From assembly GCA_951406725.2 (NCBI GenBank), contig OX597819.1, positions 21,824,001-21,888,000 on the forward strand: a stretch of DNA of 64,000 nt. The letters run 5' to 3'. The notes beneath the pieces are model-generated. The model had not been told where the DNA came from. It saw only the letters and a list, made by a program, of their open reading frames with translations, and ran no database searches. Below are positions 39,894-53,758 of this stretch, one piece after another (position 1 is the stretch's first letter; each line of letters starts with the position of its first letter). The DNA is from Octopus vulgaris (taxonomy: Eukaryota). Made by a program: the position numbers and the translations under genes.

Positions 39894-40079
39894 AATTCAG
39901 CGACGATAATGCACCGGCTTTCTGCTGTGTTCTTCAACCCAGAACTTTCTTTAATGTCCGTCAAAGTGCTACCGACGATCGAATTTGTACCGGTTCCTTT
40001 GCTATCTACCAATACATCTTTGAACGAAGGCATATACTTAAATGCATACATGGAAGCAAAGATATATGTATACATGCAT

Positions 40080-40120
<41 letters not shown>

Positions 40121-40912
40121 CATACTCACACAAACATATATATGCGCTCGGGTGCCTGCGTGTGTGTGTGTGTGTATGAGTTTGTCTGTACAGGCATATA
40201 TGTAAATAAATACGCCTGCATGTATGTGTATGTGAGGATAAATGCGGCTGACTGTGTGGGTGGTGTTTTGAAGAGACTACTAAGACGATTAGTTCCTATA
40301 TAGATAACAGCGTGACGTCGTCGCCATCATCGAAACTGCGCACTAACTGAATCAACAGAAACAAGAGCGCTTTAATAAAGGAACAATTTACAAAGTTAAT
40401 ATCAACGCCCAAAAAACTTTCATCTCAAGGAATTTGATAGCAATTTCGAACACATCAAACATTTTAATAATAAAGAATATATTTTGTCAAAGTTTCTCGA
40501 GAAGTTAATTTAATATCACAATAAGAAGGGTGTTTTTTTTTTTGTATTTCTTTTTAATTCTGTTATAATATTAGTAAAAGAAAACAAAAAGATCCTCTAG
40601 TAACTGTAATATCTTAGATTACTAAAGAGATTTTGTACCACATTCTTTCCTCACAGTTGATCTCTGATTTCTACCTATCAATATACAGTTAGAGTTTCAT
40701 CGATCTATTGATCGGGTGTATTATTATTGTGTGGTGTGATAATATTTTGTTTTATCGGAAGCGTGGGCTGCTTTTCGATTTTGATAAAAAAAAAATGGGA
40801 GAAATATGTGTTGGTGACATTTTGTGTATCTGGAGTCTATCCTAATTCACTACTGCATCTTTGCACTACACACAAACATACACACCTACGCTCATGTACA
40901 AATGTATGTATG

Positions 40913-40950
<38 letters not shown>

Positions 40951-41181
40951 GTTATGTTTGTTTCGTATAGAGTCATAATACAAACAATTTAGCACGAACA
41001 TAAAGAACTACTCACTAGTTTTCTGTAGGTTATATAACTATTATATTTTAAAAAAAAGAGAAGTAACAGTGACTTCGAGAATTCCCATCTGCCTTCTTTT
41101 ATCAGACTCTCAGAAGTAGTCTAGCCAGCCGAAACACCAAGTCAATCAGCTCTATTCTTATAAAAGTGCTTTATATATAAA

Positions 41182-42654
41182 CTAGCTTAAGGTGATCCGC
41201 TGTACGCTCGGGTGGGGGTGTGGTTGTTACTTTCTGTTGCTTCTTTTCTGTTTTTTTATCGCCACATTCTCCCTCTTTGTTTCTCTCTCCTTTCTCTCTC
41301 CCTTTCCCACACTCTTACATTTCCTTTCTCTCGGACTCTCCCTCGCTTTCTCTTACTTTCTATCTTTATCTCTCTCCCATTTATAAAGAACAAAAGATCT
41401 TGAGTAAGTTAAGAAAGAAAATATTTTGAAAGATCAATCATAAATATCAGGCAGTGACAACGGAAAGGTCTGCTTCAAGGCAGACAGCAAAACACAAACA
41501 TTCAAAAGGGACAGACCAACTTGCAAGCTGAATAACAATTTTTAAAATATTGGAAACCAAAGTTTGAAGGGATAGAATCTCAGGATAGTAGACTCACAAT
41601 GCCTGACATTCAAAAATTCCTGGAAAATTCCGAGGATTATGGTACTTCCTGGAAAGTTACGAGAATTAGGGTAATTCCTGGAAAGTTCCGAGGTTTACGT
41701 TACTTCCTGGAAATTTCCGAGGATATGGGTATTTATTGGTAAGTTCCAAGGATTAGGGTACTTCCTTGAAAGCTCCGAGGATTAGGGTACTTCCTGGAAA
41801 GTTCCGAGTATTGTGGCACTTCCTGGAAAGTTCCGGGAATTAGGGAAAATTACTTCCTGAAAAGTTCCGAGGATTAGAGTATTTCCTGGAATGTTCCGAG
41901 GATTAGGATTCAAAACAATCCGAGGTTGGCATCAAAACATTTTAACGACGGACACCAACGTACTGGCAGTGTAACGGCTGGAGCAAAATTTTGAACTTGA
42001 TGTAAAAGAAAATTCCTAAACACCTAAACACGACAGGAGACTCATCATGGCAGGCATTCAAAACTTCTTCATGACGGATGGCAACACATTGACTATTTAA
42101 TGGCTGGCGCAAAATTTTAGCTTGATGTAACCGAATTCCTAAACGCCCCCTCCTGTAAATTTTAATCCCCTTCCAACCCCATTTAGAGCCCTTTTCACAT
42201 AAAAATCCAATTTGCATTAACGTAATAATTCACCGTTCTAAAAGACCTGTGGCGGGAATATTTAAACTTTTGCGGCTGTCAACGCTTTCTCTCTATAGAT
42301 ACAGACAGACGTAGTGTGAGAGAGGTGGTGGAAGAAAGGGTGACAGAGAGACAGCGAAGCTGTCAAACGTCGTTATAGAGAGAAAGTTGTGAGAAAGAAG
42401 GAAAGAGAGAGATGGAGGAAGACAGAGTGATATGAAAAAGGGAGAAACGACAAATACTTGTCAAAGTGTGTTTTTGTTACCCTAGTAACCACAGCTTTTG
42501 AGATAGGGGTTTCTAAGCTAGTCCACTCATTTCCTTGCCTCTGTTTACATGTCCCTGTAAATTTTTGGAGCCAATTCGACCCCATCTAGTACCCCTTCAC
42601 TCGTTCCAATCCGGAAATGAGACAAACAAGCTTATCGTATTTCAGCTTTATAGA
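41182..42654 (-). mobile_element. Non-autonomous Helitron with internal minisatellite
   Basis: A|CTAG at 41181-41185 with adjacent imperfect hairpin atccgctgtacgctcgggt; putative A|TCTATAAA start at 42654; internal ~30-bp array. Confidence 0.65.
41615..41910. repeat. ~30-bp minisatellite (gtacttcctggaaagttccgaggattagg)n, about 9-10 units
   Basis: Direct reading. Confidence 0.9.
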
Positions 42655-43035
42655 TATTGATATGTGTCAGTGTGTGTCATTATTCAGTTTTATTTCAAGA
42701 TTTTTTGTTAGTAGAGAAAGAGCCGGTTTCTAACCTAGATTCGAGGCCCCTTCATTGGGAATTCAACATCAACAACAGGGTATTTTTGCATGCATGCATA
42801 CGTGCACATTTGTAAGTTTTGTTTGAAGTTTGTCTTCTCAGGCATATGTTTGCGTATCCTGACATGCTCATCTCTACTTAAAATTTCCAGTGACGGCTGC
42901 AGTCTTGGAATCCGCTTTCTCATTTCTGATTTTGAGTAGCCTAACTTCTCAAAGTTGGTATTTAGGCACTGGTACAAATCCCAGTGACCCAATTTATTAC
43001 AGGTATAAATCTGAACTTGCAATTTGGATATGTAT

Positions 43036-43199
43036 AGGCGGAGGAGTGGCTGTGTGGTAAGTAGCTTACGTACCAACCACATCGCTCCGGGTTCAGCCCC
43101 ACTGCGTGGCACGTTGGGCAAGTGTCTTCAATTACATCTCTGGGCCAACCAAAGCCTTGTAAGTAGATTTGTTAGACGGAAACTGAAAGAATCCCGTCG

Positions 43200-43254
<55 letters not shown>

Positions 43255-43460
43255 TGTCTGTGTCTGTGACTGTGTGTGTGTGTGTAAATGTTTGTGTCTG
43301 TGTTTGTCCCATCAATATCGCCTAAAAGCCGATGCTGGTGTGTTTCCGTCCCTGTAACTAAGTGGTTCGGTAGTAGGCTTGCAGAAAATAAGTCCTGGGT
43401 TCGATCTGATCGACTAAAAGCAGTGCTCATGCATGGTCGCAATCAAATGATGAAACGAAA
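43036..43460 (+). mobile_element. SINE family D, near full length with internal (TA)/(TG)n
   Basis: aggcggaggagtggctgtgtggtaagtagctt..ccgggttcagcccc..gggcaagtgtctt..gcatggtcgcaatcaaatga. Confidence 0.9.
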
Positions 43461-43754
43461 GATTAGTATATATATATGTGTGTGTGTTTAATATAATATA
43501 TATGTGTAGTTATATATATGGGTGAATACACTAGTATTCCCTTGTCGTCAAAAATATGTAGAGTTGTAGCTATTGCAAAACCTGGAGCATCTTTTAAAAA
43601 TGAGAGGTGAGACCTTTCACAGATTTTTCACCTAAAGTTATCAGGTTTTGTATTTATAATAAAATATTTACTTTGATTTTAGTCCAAATGCCTAAAGCAA
43701 AAATTTTCAAAATGTAACATTGCGTACTAGACGATGAACCTTTGCCAATTCCAG

Positions 43755-43851
<97 letters not shown>

Positions 43852-44069
43852 ACATAATTTCGTTTTACAATTAAACAGAGATATAATCATTTAAATATAC
43901 ATGATAAAATGTAAGGTGCAATTGCAAAAAATTTGACTGTACTGTGTACAAGTTTTGAATATATATAAAATTGCTACTAAACTGAACTGCAAGATTATTT
44001 TCGCAAAATCTAGTTGGTTATGCCTCCTAGGCAAGAAAAATTTTTCTAATTTATTAATAAACTCACATA

Positions 44070-44131
<62 letters not shown>

Positions 44132-45094
44132 TGATTTCGCTCAGTCATGGTGATACTAATAACCTGTTGTTAGAGCCCAATATACATGTTTTAAAATATG
44201 TATACATATTAAAAATAATATCTAACACACATCCCTGTTTCCTTTGGATATATTAGCATAGTTTTAATAATCTTTGCCTTCTATCTTATTGCTTTTTCTC
44301 CATTCGCACACATCACAGATGCTAAGTTCTTTCAACATTTAGTTCGTTGATAGATAAATCAATAACGTATTACATATAAAAGCCAGTCTTTTTTTTACAA
44401 ATTACATAACTTTCCTAATTTGTAATTATATTTGAGAGAAACTTAACAACACCTTATTAACCTAGAACTTTGATCGTCACAGAGTTCTCTCTGTCTTTTA
44501 CCTTTTTTAAAAAATCTAATTTGGTGAGAGTAAGATTCAATTATTATTATTCAACTCCAACCAACAAATTACAATTAAAGCATCAGTTTTCATCTTTATT
44601 AAGCTTCACCTATTTTACTTTGTTTTTGCTATAAAGATTGATTTTTTCCCACAAATAATTGTCTACGTCACTTTTAATTAATTAACTAGTTCCTTACCTT
44701 TACGTCTTCTATAATACTTCACTTCCTTTTCTGCAACGTTTATCTTGGTATTTTTCCCCCAATATAAAACCAAAGCTTTATACTAAAAGAAAACGGCATA
44801 GTTTACCATTTTATTCCAGTTTGTTGCCTTCTTCTTACTTTCAATGTCCAAGTCATTTTAAGACCTCTTTTGGTTTTTCCGTTTCCAATTTATCTACAAC
44901 TCACGATTATCTTCTATTTTTAACTTTAATTCCAATGAATTTATGTTTAAGCCCTTGCAGATTGCCATTTCGTCATCTGTTTTTGGTGTCATATAATTCT
45001 ACAGAACCAGCTTTCTTCGAATTGTTCCGAGAAATTAATTGCAGCATACAAAGAAAACACCTAATTAATTAGACACAAACGTTGTAATTATCGC

Positions 45095-45575
<481 letters not shown>

Positions 45576-46002
45576 ACCACACACCCACTCCTGCACCTAA
45601 TGTGTCTCGTTTTCAGATATGTACACTTCATTTGAATCTATTTCTAAAATTTACCTCTTCTAATACATCTTTGCATATCACGCAAAATTTCAAATGCGGT
45701 TCAATCCTATTAAAGAAGACAAATTTTGCGTCGTATTATCTTTTTTCTGATCTGAATGTACACAGACATGTTAAATATTACTGTAAATAACTCCATTCTA
45801 TTGACCTCTGCTTAGTGTATTAGTCTAATTAATTTATTCCCGCTTTACAACGCAGCCAACATTTGCTCTTCTAAAATAACAGTGACCGACTCTTCGTTGT
45901 CATGAAAGACAGTTCGGTTAGCATGGCTATGGATGTGTAACAACTCAGAAACACGTGCATCCTACGGTCTGGTGGCATCGTTCATGGTCTGGAGGTAGTG
46001 TA

Positions 46003-46905
46003 CGAGGGGTAACCAAAAGTAACCGGAAGCGTTCTCTGTGAGACAAGACCGTTGCAGTTTCGGGCTTCCACCGCTAGAAGCTACTTGATGTGATCCTCAG
46101 GCTTGAGTCTGCCGACCGGCGTCGTTTTGTGATGTCCTACTGCCACGTGGTGCATCTTTATTTTGCAGTGCTCCTCCTCTCTTCGTCGATTTTTGCGATG
46201 GCTGAAACGAAGGAATAAGCGTGCTTCCGTGAAATTCTGTTCTCTGCTTGGGAAAACGGTGGCCGAAACAGTTGTTATGCTTCCAAGGCCACTGCCATAA
46301 GCAAAACATTGGTTTAGGAGACGTTTCCACGATTTAGAAATAGTCACGTGTCGCTTGAAAGCCAACCTCATTCAGGGCCAGCGTTGCCGTCCCGAACAAA
46401 TGATGACATCATGTAAATTCCTGAAATGAATTTGGAAGATTGCCATCGAACAATTGACGTAATTCTTGATATGACTGGTGAGTCCTGGGGCCCCTGCCAG
46501 CGAATTTTGAATGAGGAATTGCGAATGAAAAGAGTTGCAACAAAATTTGTGCCTCACTTACACACGGAAGATCAAAAGCAGTCACGGTGGAAAGCGTGCC
46601 GTGAACTGAAAAAAGAAAACCTGTTGGAAGTCGTGATGAAAGTGGTGACGGAAGCCGGTGCTACGGAATTTGTTGATGTGGAAGGGTTGAAGAAAAAAGA
46701 CAACGGAAGTGTTAAAAGCATCGCAAGTGTTAAAATCATCGCTTCTCAAGGGTCCCAGCACTGTTTCGAAAAGTGGAAGACGCGTCTGGACCGATGCATT
46801 GCTTCAAATGGAGAATAATTTTGAAGGCGATAAAAGTGTAAATATGTAAAACTAAGTGAATAAAATAATATTGCGAATTCCGGTTTCTTTTGGGTACCCA
46901 CTCCT
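46003..46905 (+). mobile_element. Internally deleted mariner element
   Basis: TA|cgaggggtaaccaaaagtaaccggaa ... ttccggtttcttttgggtacccactcct|TA; remnants CQRILNEELRMKRVATKFVPHL (WVPHEL-like) and CFEKWKTRLDRCIASNGE*FEG; catalytic core missing. Confidence 0.9.
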
Positions 46906-47010
46906 TATTATATCCATGAGGTCTATAAGGAGAAGTTCTCTCGTGACTTGTGTAGCGTATTACCATGTCGAGATGTACCGAACTGTACATATCTAAACCC
47001 TAAATATGTA

Positions 47011-47124
<114 letters not shown>

Positions 47125-47191
47125 GTAGCAATGCAAATAAACACTTATATATCTCTCACCTATCGGCTGTTTATGTGCGTGAATATATATA

Positions 47192-48655
47192 CGATTGCGG
47201 CCAAAATGTTCAGAACGGCATTGTTTTCGTCAGAAAAGTAGGTATAATTTTTTTACCAAAGTTGTTTTGTATTCTATAATTTTCACAGACAATAAATACG
47301 ATATTATGTTTTGAATTTGTTTACGTGACGGTTCATTTACTAAACACGCCGTAAGAATATCTGCAATGTATTTTGTTAATATAATGCCACTTATTCCGTT
47401 ACCAATTCGTCAGCAGATTATTAAGCTTCGAAAGAAGGATAATTTAAGTATTAGGTCTATTGCAAAGATTGTTAACAAGTGAAAAAGTGTTGTACACGGT
47501 ATTCTTAAGGTCTACGATGATTGTGATTCGTGTGAAGCAAGAAAGTTTACAGGTAGGCCAAGAAAAACGACCAAGAGAGAAGATCGTGCTATGGTAAGGT
47601 TGGTTAAAAAGGTTAGATTTAAAACTGCTGCTGCTGCTGCTGTTTCTCGGGAAATGAGCATTGTACTGAAGAAAACTTTATCTCGAAAAACTGTGTCTCG
47701 TCGTTTAGTTGAACATGACCTACAAGCAAGAGCACCTGCAGTGAAGCCACTGATCATCTCCAAGAATAAAAAGTGTCGTCTTACCTTTGCAACCGAACAT
47801 GTGTTGTGGTCTCAAGAAAAATGGCAAACGGTGCATTTCAGTGATGAATTTAAGTCTGTTATTTGGCTCAGATGGGAAAATTGCCTTACGACTAATGTTA
47901 ACTTCCGTGGAGGAGGTGTCATGGTTTCGGGGATGATATCTGGAGATGGTGTGGGCCCTTTGGTGCGATTACATGGAAAGGTAAATGCAGGAGATTATAA
48001 ACAACTTGTAAAAGATCATATCTTGCCTGTGCTGAGAAATTCAACTAAGCGACCACCCATATTCATGCAGGACAATGACCCATGTCACAAGGCTAAGGCG
48101 GTCATGAACTTCCTCAAGGCTGAAAAGGTTATCATTATGGATTGGCTTGCTCAAAGCCCAGATCTCAATCCTATTGAAAACATGTGCTGGAGTCGGAAAG
48201 ACAACATCCAGGTCCCCTGGAGAACGTTCGAAAGCCAGAAATCCTAAAACAACCGAGCAATTATGGAATGCCCTTCAGGAAGAATGGAATAAGATCACCC
48301 AGCAAGAAATTGAAAATTTAATTTCCCCATGCTGTCGAAGATGTCAAAGTTTGATTGAAGCTAAAGGGCTTCACACTAAATATGAAATAATTCCAGAATT
48401 CTCAGTCATTTTTGATTATTTTGTTATTTTTTCAACCGTTCTGCTCATTTTGTCCAACATGGGTTTTGCAGTAAATCACTATATCATCCATAACTTTTGT
48501 ATTATCCAGTCCTATTACACCGAAATCTCAGACAATACCAATTAATATTGCATTTATTGTCTGTTAAATTATAGAATATAAAACAACCTTAATAAAAACT
48601 TATGCCTACTTTTCTGACGAAAACAATGCCGTTCTGAACATTTTGGCCGCAACTA
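47192..48655 (+). mobile_element. Full-length degenerate Tc1 (DD34E) transposon with ~115-bp TIRs
   Basis: TIRs ttgcggccaaaatgttcagaacggcattgttttcgtcagaaaagtagg... (47192-47307 / 48543-48655), TA flanks. Confidence 0.93.
47384..48385 (+). pseudogene. Tc1 transposase pseudogene
   Basis: ATG 47384, in-frame TGA 47480; GRPRKTT, HFSDE, QDNDPCH, SPDLNPIEN with 34 residues between D and E; a deletion after FSDE and a frameshifting insert near 48190. Confidence 0.9.
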
Positions 48656-48690
48656 TATATATCTATATATTTATATATATATATATAAAG

Positions 48691-48862
<172 letters not shown>

Positions 48863-49137
48863 TCAGATGAATATGGTACTTGAGTTGAGGCACCAGAATT
48901 ATGCTTTAATTTTAATTTAATTAAATTCTATGTCTTTGTGCAGCTGAGGATTGCTCTGCATTTTAATTTGATGTAATGATTGCATTGTTCAATTACTTGG
49001 AGTTGCAAGAAACGATCGTACTGCATTACCTCTGGATATCTTGTTGCTTATTTTGATTTTAATCACCTAACTTGAAATTGTATGGATAATACAGTACTAA
49101 ATTCTGGTACCTCAACTTAAGTGCCATATTAATCTGA
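48863..49137 (+). mobile_element. Hammerhead-containing PLE-type repeat with 38-bp inverted ends
   Basis: tcagatgaatatggtacttgagttgaggcaccagaatt (48863-48900) vs aattctggtacctcaacttaagtgccatattaatctga (49100-49137). Confidence 0.7.
48938..49026 (+). ncRNA. Type I hammerhead ribozyme motif (intact core)
   Basis: Stem I GUGCAG/CUGCAU; CUGAGGA 48944-48950; stem II UUGC/GCAA base; GAA; palindromic stem III ACGAUCGU; GUA site at 49020. Confidence 0.8.
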
Positions 49138-49147
49138 CTATATATAA

Positions 49148-50366
49148 ACTTAGATAAACTTAGATATGTTTCGACCAAAGATTGGTCCAGGCCATGTCTA
49201 ACTTAATAGCACCACCTGATAGGATTATTCGAATCCTGTTTAAGTCAAGTTTTGTTTAAGTCAAGTTTTGTTTAAGTCAAGTTTTGTTTAAGTCAAGCTT
49301 TGTTCAAGTAGTGAGTTCTTGTTGGGTGAGTTGTATCCAGTTTTGTTCAAGTAGTGAGTTCTTGTTGGGTGAGTTGTATCCAATTATGGGTGGCTTATCT
49401 GGTATTCTTTGAAGGAATCTATCCAGACTCTGTTTAAAGTTGATGGGATCCTTTCCCTCTTTGATCTCCCTCGGGACAATGTTAAATAGGGCAGGGCCTG
49501 TTGAGGAAAAGAAATTATGTTGCAGTGTACATGTATGTTGTGATCTTGAATTTGGCAGGGGACGTATAGCCCGTGGTCCAAGTCTTGGATGAACCTTGAA
49601 GCTAATGTTTAGGTCGTTTGGGCAAAGTTGGCGGTATATTTTCCACATCGTACAAATGATGTACCGCTCACGGCGACGCTGGAGGGAGTAAAGTTTCAAG
49701 GCTTTAAGGCGATCCCAATAATCGAGAGCAGCCATGCCTTCAATTTGTTTAGTGAGAGCCCTCTGGGGTGACTCAATTCTGGAGATGTTTTGTCTTGTGT
49801 GAGGAGACCACAGTGGGCAGCAGTATTCAAGGTGTGGCCGTACAAAGGAGGAAAAAAGTGGTATGATGACACCTTGTTCTCTGGACCAGAAAGTTCTTAA
49901 GATCCAGGAACTCATCCTACGAGCTATATCGACCTTCTTGTCGATGTGTGCACTCCAACTGAGATCATCATCAACAATTACACCCAGGTCTCTGATATTG
50001 TTAGAGGCTGTGAGCGGTTCACCTGAAGGAAGAGAGTATGGTTGTTTTAGTGAGGAATTTCTTCCAAAATGCATCAGCTCAAATTTTCCCTCATTCAGTT
50101 GCATTTTGTTTCTGTCTGCCCATTGACTCACAGCATATAGATCAGACTGGAGTTGAGTTCGGTTTGCTTCTTCATTGACGATTTGCTGGAGCTTAGTGTC
50201 ATCAGCGAATATTTTCACTTTGCAGTAATGTACGACACTGGAAAGGTCGTTTACGTAAATTATGAAGAGTAGCGGAGCCAAAACAGTTCCCTGGGGAACA
50301 CCGCTGGTGAGTTTTGCCGGGTTTGAGTGGACTCCATCAGCTACAACATGTTGTGTTCTATTCGCC
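49148..50366 (-). mobile_element. 5'-truncated CR1-like LINE, young (open RT C-terminal frame 49304..50368)
   Basis: SGVPQGTVLAPLLF, FADDTKL, RDLGVIVD, VRPHLEYCCPLWSPH, LYSLQRRRERY; uninterrupted 354 aa; 3' UTR with 16-bp and 43-bp-period repeats and a tctaagttta tail; inserted in (TA)n. Confidence 0.92.
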
Positions 50367-50382
50367 ATATATATACATATAT

Positions 50383-50434
<52 letters not shown>

Positions 50435-51098
50435 TGGGTATGAGTTTGTCTCTATATCTTAGCGATTCAGCATAACAGACCGATAAAATATGTAACAGAG
50501 TTTTCAAATAAAAGTACCGCATCGGTTTTTCCTCTGAACTTTTCAAGGTGGTGCTCCAGCTTAGCCGCAGTCGAATAACTGAAACAAGTAAAACTTTAGG
50601 TTATCTATTCCAAATCGATTCTAACACCAAGTGGTAATTAATTCATATCTTATTCATCAGAAGCGTTCATGTTTGTAAATCCCTCTTTTGTATAATTTGC
50701 TAGTTTTATTTTCTATCCTTCACAGTTCCTACAGATTACAGAATGGTTATAAATTGGCTCCTTAAGATTATTTTTCTTGATGCAAACCTAAAATTCCTTT
50801 ATCCGAAATTGAAAATCATTTTTCAACTACACATCCTTTTAACTATGTTTTTGACTTAATCTCAGTTCCTGTTATCTAAATAATAATAAAAAAAGAGTAT
50901 GGTCAATGAAATATATTTGAGTACATTTCCTCCTTGTTTAGTTTTTTCTGTTCAAATTTTGACACGAGGCCAGCGATTTTGAGGTTGTGGCGAGATCAAC
51001 CTCGGGAGAATTTGAAATCAAAACGTTAAGTATTTTGTCTGACGCGTTATTCATTCTGCCAAGTCAACATTTTCTCATCTAACTAAACAAAGATGGAA

Positions 51099-51137
<39 letters not shown>

Positions 51138-51399
51138 TGGGTGTATGAACCTGACCGCACCTGAACAAAATATTTGTGCTCAAATTTTCAGACTTTTATT
51201 TTTCTTTCATTTTACTGAAAAAACTGAATTGCAATCAAGTACAGGTGCAACGCTCTCTCCATATTCTGCTGCGCGAGGAAAAGGTGTGTGGCTGGAGAAT
51301 GAGTCTCTGATTTCTTGCGCGAACCGAAATCACTGAAACAATAAGCGAAAGCATTTCATATCAAGTTAAACTCTATTGCGAGCGACGGAGTTAGCTGTT

Positions 51400-51560
51400 A
51401 TCTTTTACTTGTTTCAATCATCAGACTGCGGCCATGCTGGGGCACCGCATTGATGAATCTTTTGTCGAACGAATCGAACGCGGCACTTCACTTTTTGAAA
51501 GCTTGGTATTTATTTTATCGTTCTCTTTAGCTGGACCGCTTGGTTACGGGAACTTAAATG
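51400..51560 (-). mobile_element. SINE family D 3' fragment
   Basis: cttttacttgtttcaatca..gactgcggccatgctggggcaccgc. Confidence 0.75.
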
Positions 51561-51880
51561 CCGGTTTCTACTGAAATGCATAAGCGTTTTAGACAAACTT
51601 ATGAAAATACTTTGGAGAGTGAAAGGGTTAAATGCACATGCGCCGATCTGTTCGGGAATCGAACCTTTGATACTGTGATTATGAAGCCAAAACTGTAAAC
51701 ATTCTGTCTCACGCTTTCGCGTACCATTACGTTGTAACAGTTATTTTAAAGATTATTTAACCGCTGGAATAATATCCCATACTACATTAAAGCCACTTCT
51801 ATCCATGCACACACTTGCTAACAATATTTAGTCGAAACCTGACCCGAAACGTTTCTCTTCTCTTTCTCCTTCCTCTTAAA

Positions 51881-52700
51881 GGCGACAAGCAAGCTGAATC
51901 ATTTAGCACGCTAGTCTAAATGTGTGTGTGTGTGTGTGTGTGTATGAACACACCCGAACAAAATATTTGTGCTCAAATTTACAGTAATGTGTACTAGCCA
52001 TCTTAATGTGGCTAGCCACTGGGGGTGGGGTGTTACTGATGCTTTTAGCCCCAGGCGATCAACGTCACCAGATGGACTTTAGACACAACATTTCAGTGCC
52101 CTTGTGTTACTTGCAAAGGGAGGTCATCCTCCCTCGAAAACCTAAGTGCTACATACGGACTATAGTTTCCAGGTAATTGCCTCTCGTCAACGCATGGTAA
52201 ACACCGGTTTCCGATGAAGGAGACCCTCTGCAAATAATATTTAACGTTTTTCACAGCAACCACAGTCACTGATTTAGAAAAAACTGAATTTCAATCAAGT
52301 ACAGGTACAACGCTCTCTCCATATTCTGAATTTCAATCAAGTACAGGTACAACGCTGTTGACGTTTTTAATTCAAATTACGCCGAGGTCAACTTTATTTT
52401 TCATCCTTTCGGGGTAGATAAAATAAGTACCAGTCGGGTGCTGTAAACCATGTAATCGACTGGCAACTTCCCTCAAAGTTTGAAGCCTTGTGCTTTTTGC
52501 AGAAAGAACCACAGTCGATCAGTTGACAGAATCATTAGCGCGTCGTGTTCTTCGTGTTGTAAAATCAAATGCCACTGTGGCTGATTTTGCTCTTCATCCT
52601 TTCGATATCAGTAAAAGAAAGGAACAGTCAAGGGTCGATGTGACCGACTAAATCTTCCCCTTCAACATTGCTGGTCTTATACAACAAATTTGAAAGCATT
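51881..52700 (+). mobile_element. SINE family C copies; the first is split by a composite insertion (51922-52355)
   Basis: Head ggcgacaagc..gaatcatttagcacgct..aaatg resumes at 52355 (..ttcaaattacgccgaggtcaactttattttcatcctttcgggg); a second degenerate copy lies at 52520-52700. Confidence 0.65.
52152..52196 (-). ncRNA. Compact type I hammerhead motif, C3U variant; paralogue of 32990-33034
   Basis: Stem I CAUGCG/CGUAUG; UUGACGA; stem II AGG..CCU; GAA; palindromic ACUAUAGU; GUC site at 52158. Confidence 0.6.
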
Positions 52701-53109
52701 ATTTTTTTCTCTTCCTATTCTTTAAATAGAACTATACGCGAAATGCTTAAGATCCTATCGTTAATGATTAAAGAGAAGATACCCAAAGATTGAAATCAGA
52801 ACTTCGAGGCCTTCAACTATATGAAGGCGTTACGCGACAAATACAAAGACCACTGAGTGAAGAAAATTCAATTTGACTCTTGTGAGATTCGAACTAAGAA
52901 CCGTGAATGAAAAATAAAGAGCAATTTATCCACCGCCCTACACATTCTTCTAATCCACCAGCAGTCTTATACTGTAATGAAAGAGCGGTCGCGTATTTAC
53001 TCGTTTCTATTACTCACGATGTGCTTGTTGATGTTCTTGGTGCTGTTGTTGTTATAACTTTGTTGCTGTTGTCACGTCTGTTGTTTCTTTTATGTCAATA
53101 CTTCTTCGT

Positions 53110-53460
53110 TTAACATACATAGATGCATACATACACATTTATATACATACATATATACATGTGTGTGTATGAATATATATATATGTGTGTGTTTATATGT
53201 ACGCATATATATATATATGGGCATATATGTATGCATATATGCCTATAACTATATAAATATGTATATATATGCATATATATACGCACATATATACGCATAA
53301 ATATATCCATATATACATATACATGCATATATACAGATATATGCATATATACATATATATATATGAACATATATATGCATATATATGTATGTATATGCAT
53401 ATGTATATGCATATATGCATATATATATATGCACTCAAACACATACACACACATATATAA
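53110..53460. repeat. Degenerate alternating purine-pyrimidine (TA/CA/TG) array
   Basis: Direct reading. Confidence 0.9.
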
Positions 53461-53721
53461 GCGTATATACTTCTGATTATCTCTCACTTTCTAGCTCTCT
53501 CTCTCTCTCTATTTCTATCGCTATCTCTTTCCTGTTCGTTCTCTCGCTCTTATTCTCATACTGTCTTGCCACAACGTTATACCCCTAAAATAAAAAAAAA
53601 CCGCTGAAGAATAACAACAACAACACTGACAACGTTTTCGGCGCTGAAGCATTTAGTTTCAAACTAAAACACGCAAACATATATACAAACAAACAAACAA
53701 ACAAAAAAAAAAAAAGAAACA

Positions 53722-53758
<37 letters not shown>

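Noticed and set aside
39896-40050. Cadherin-like exon (SDDNAPAF...ATDD)
   Set aside because: Motif spacing is too short for a cadherin repeat, there is no polypyrimidine acceptor, and no further repeats are present.
41615-41910. CRISPR-like array
   Set aside because: The units are contiguous with no unique spacers, the context is eukaryotic, and there are no cas genes.
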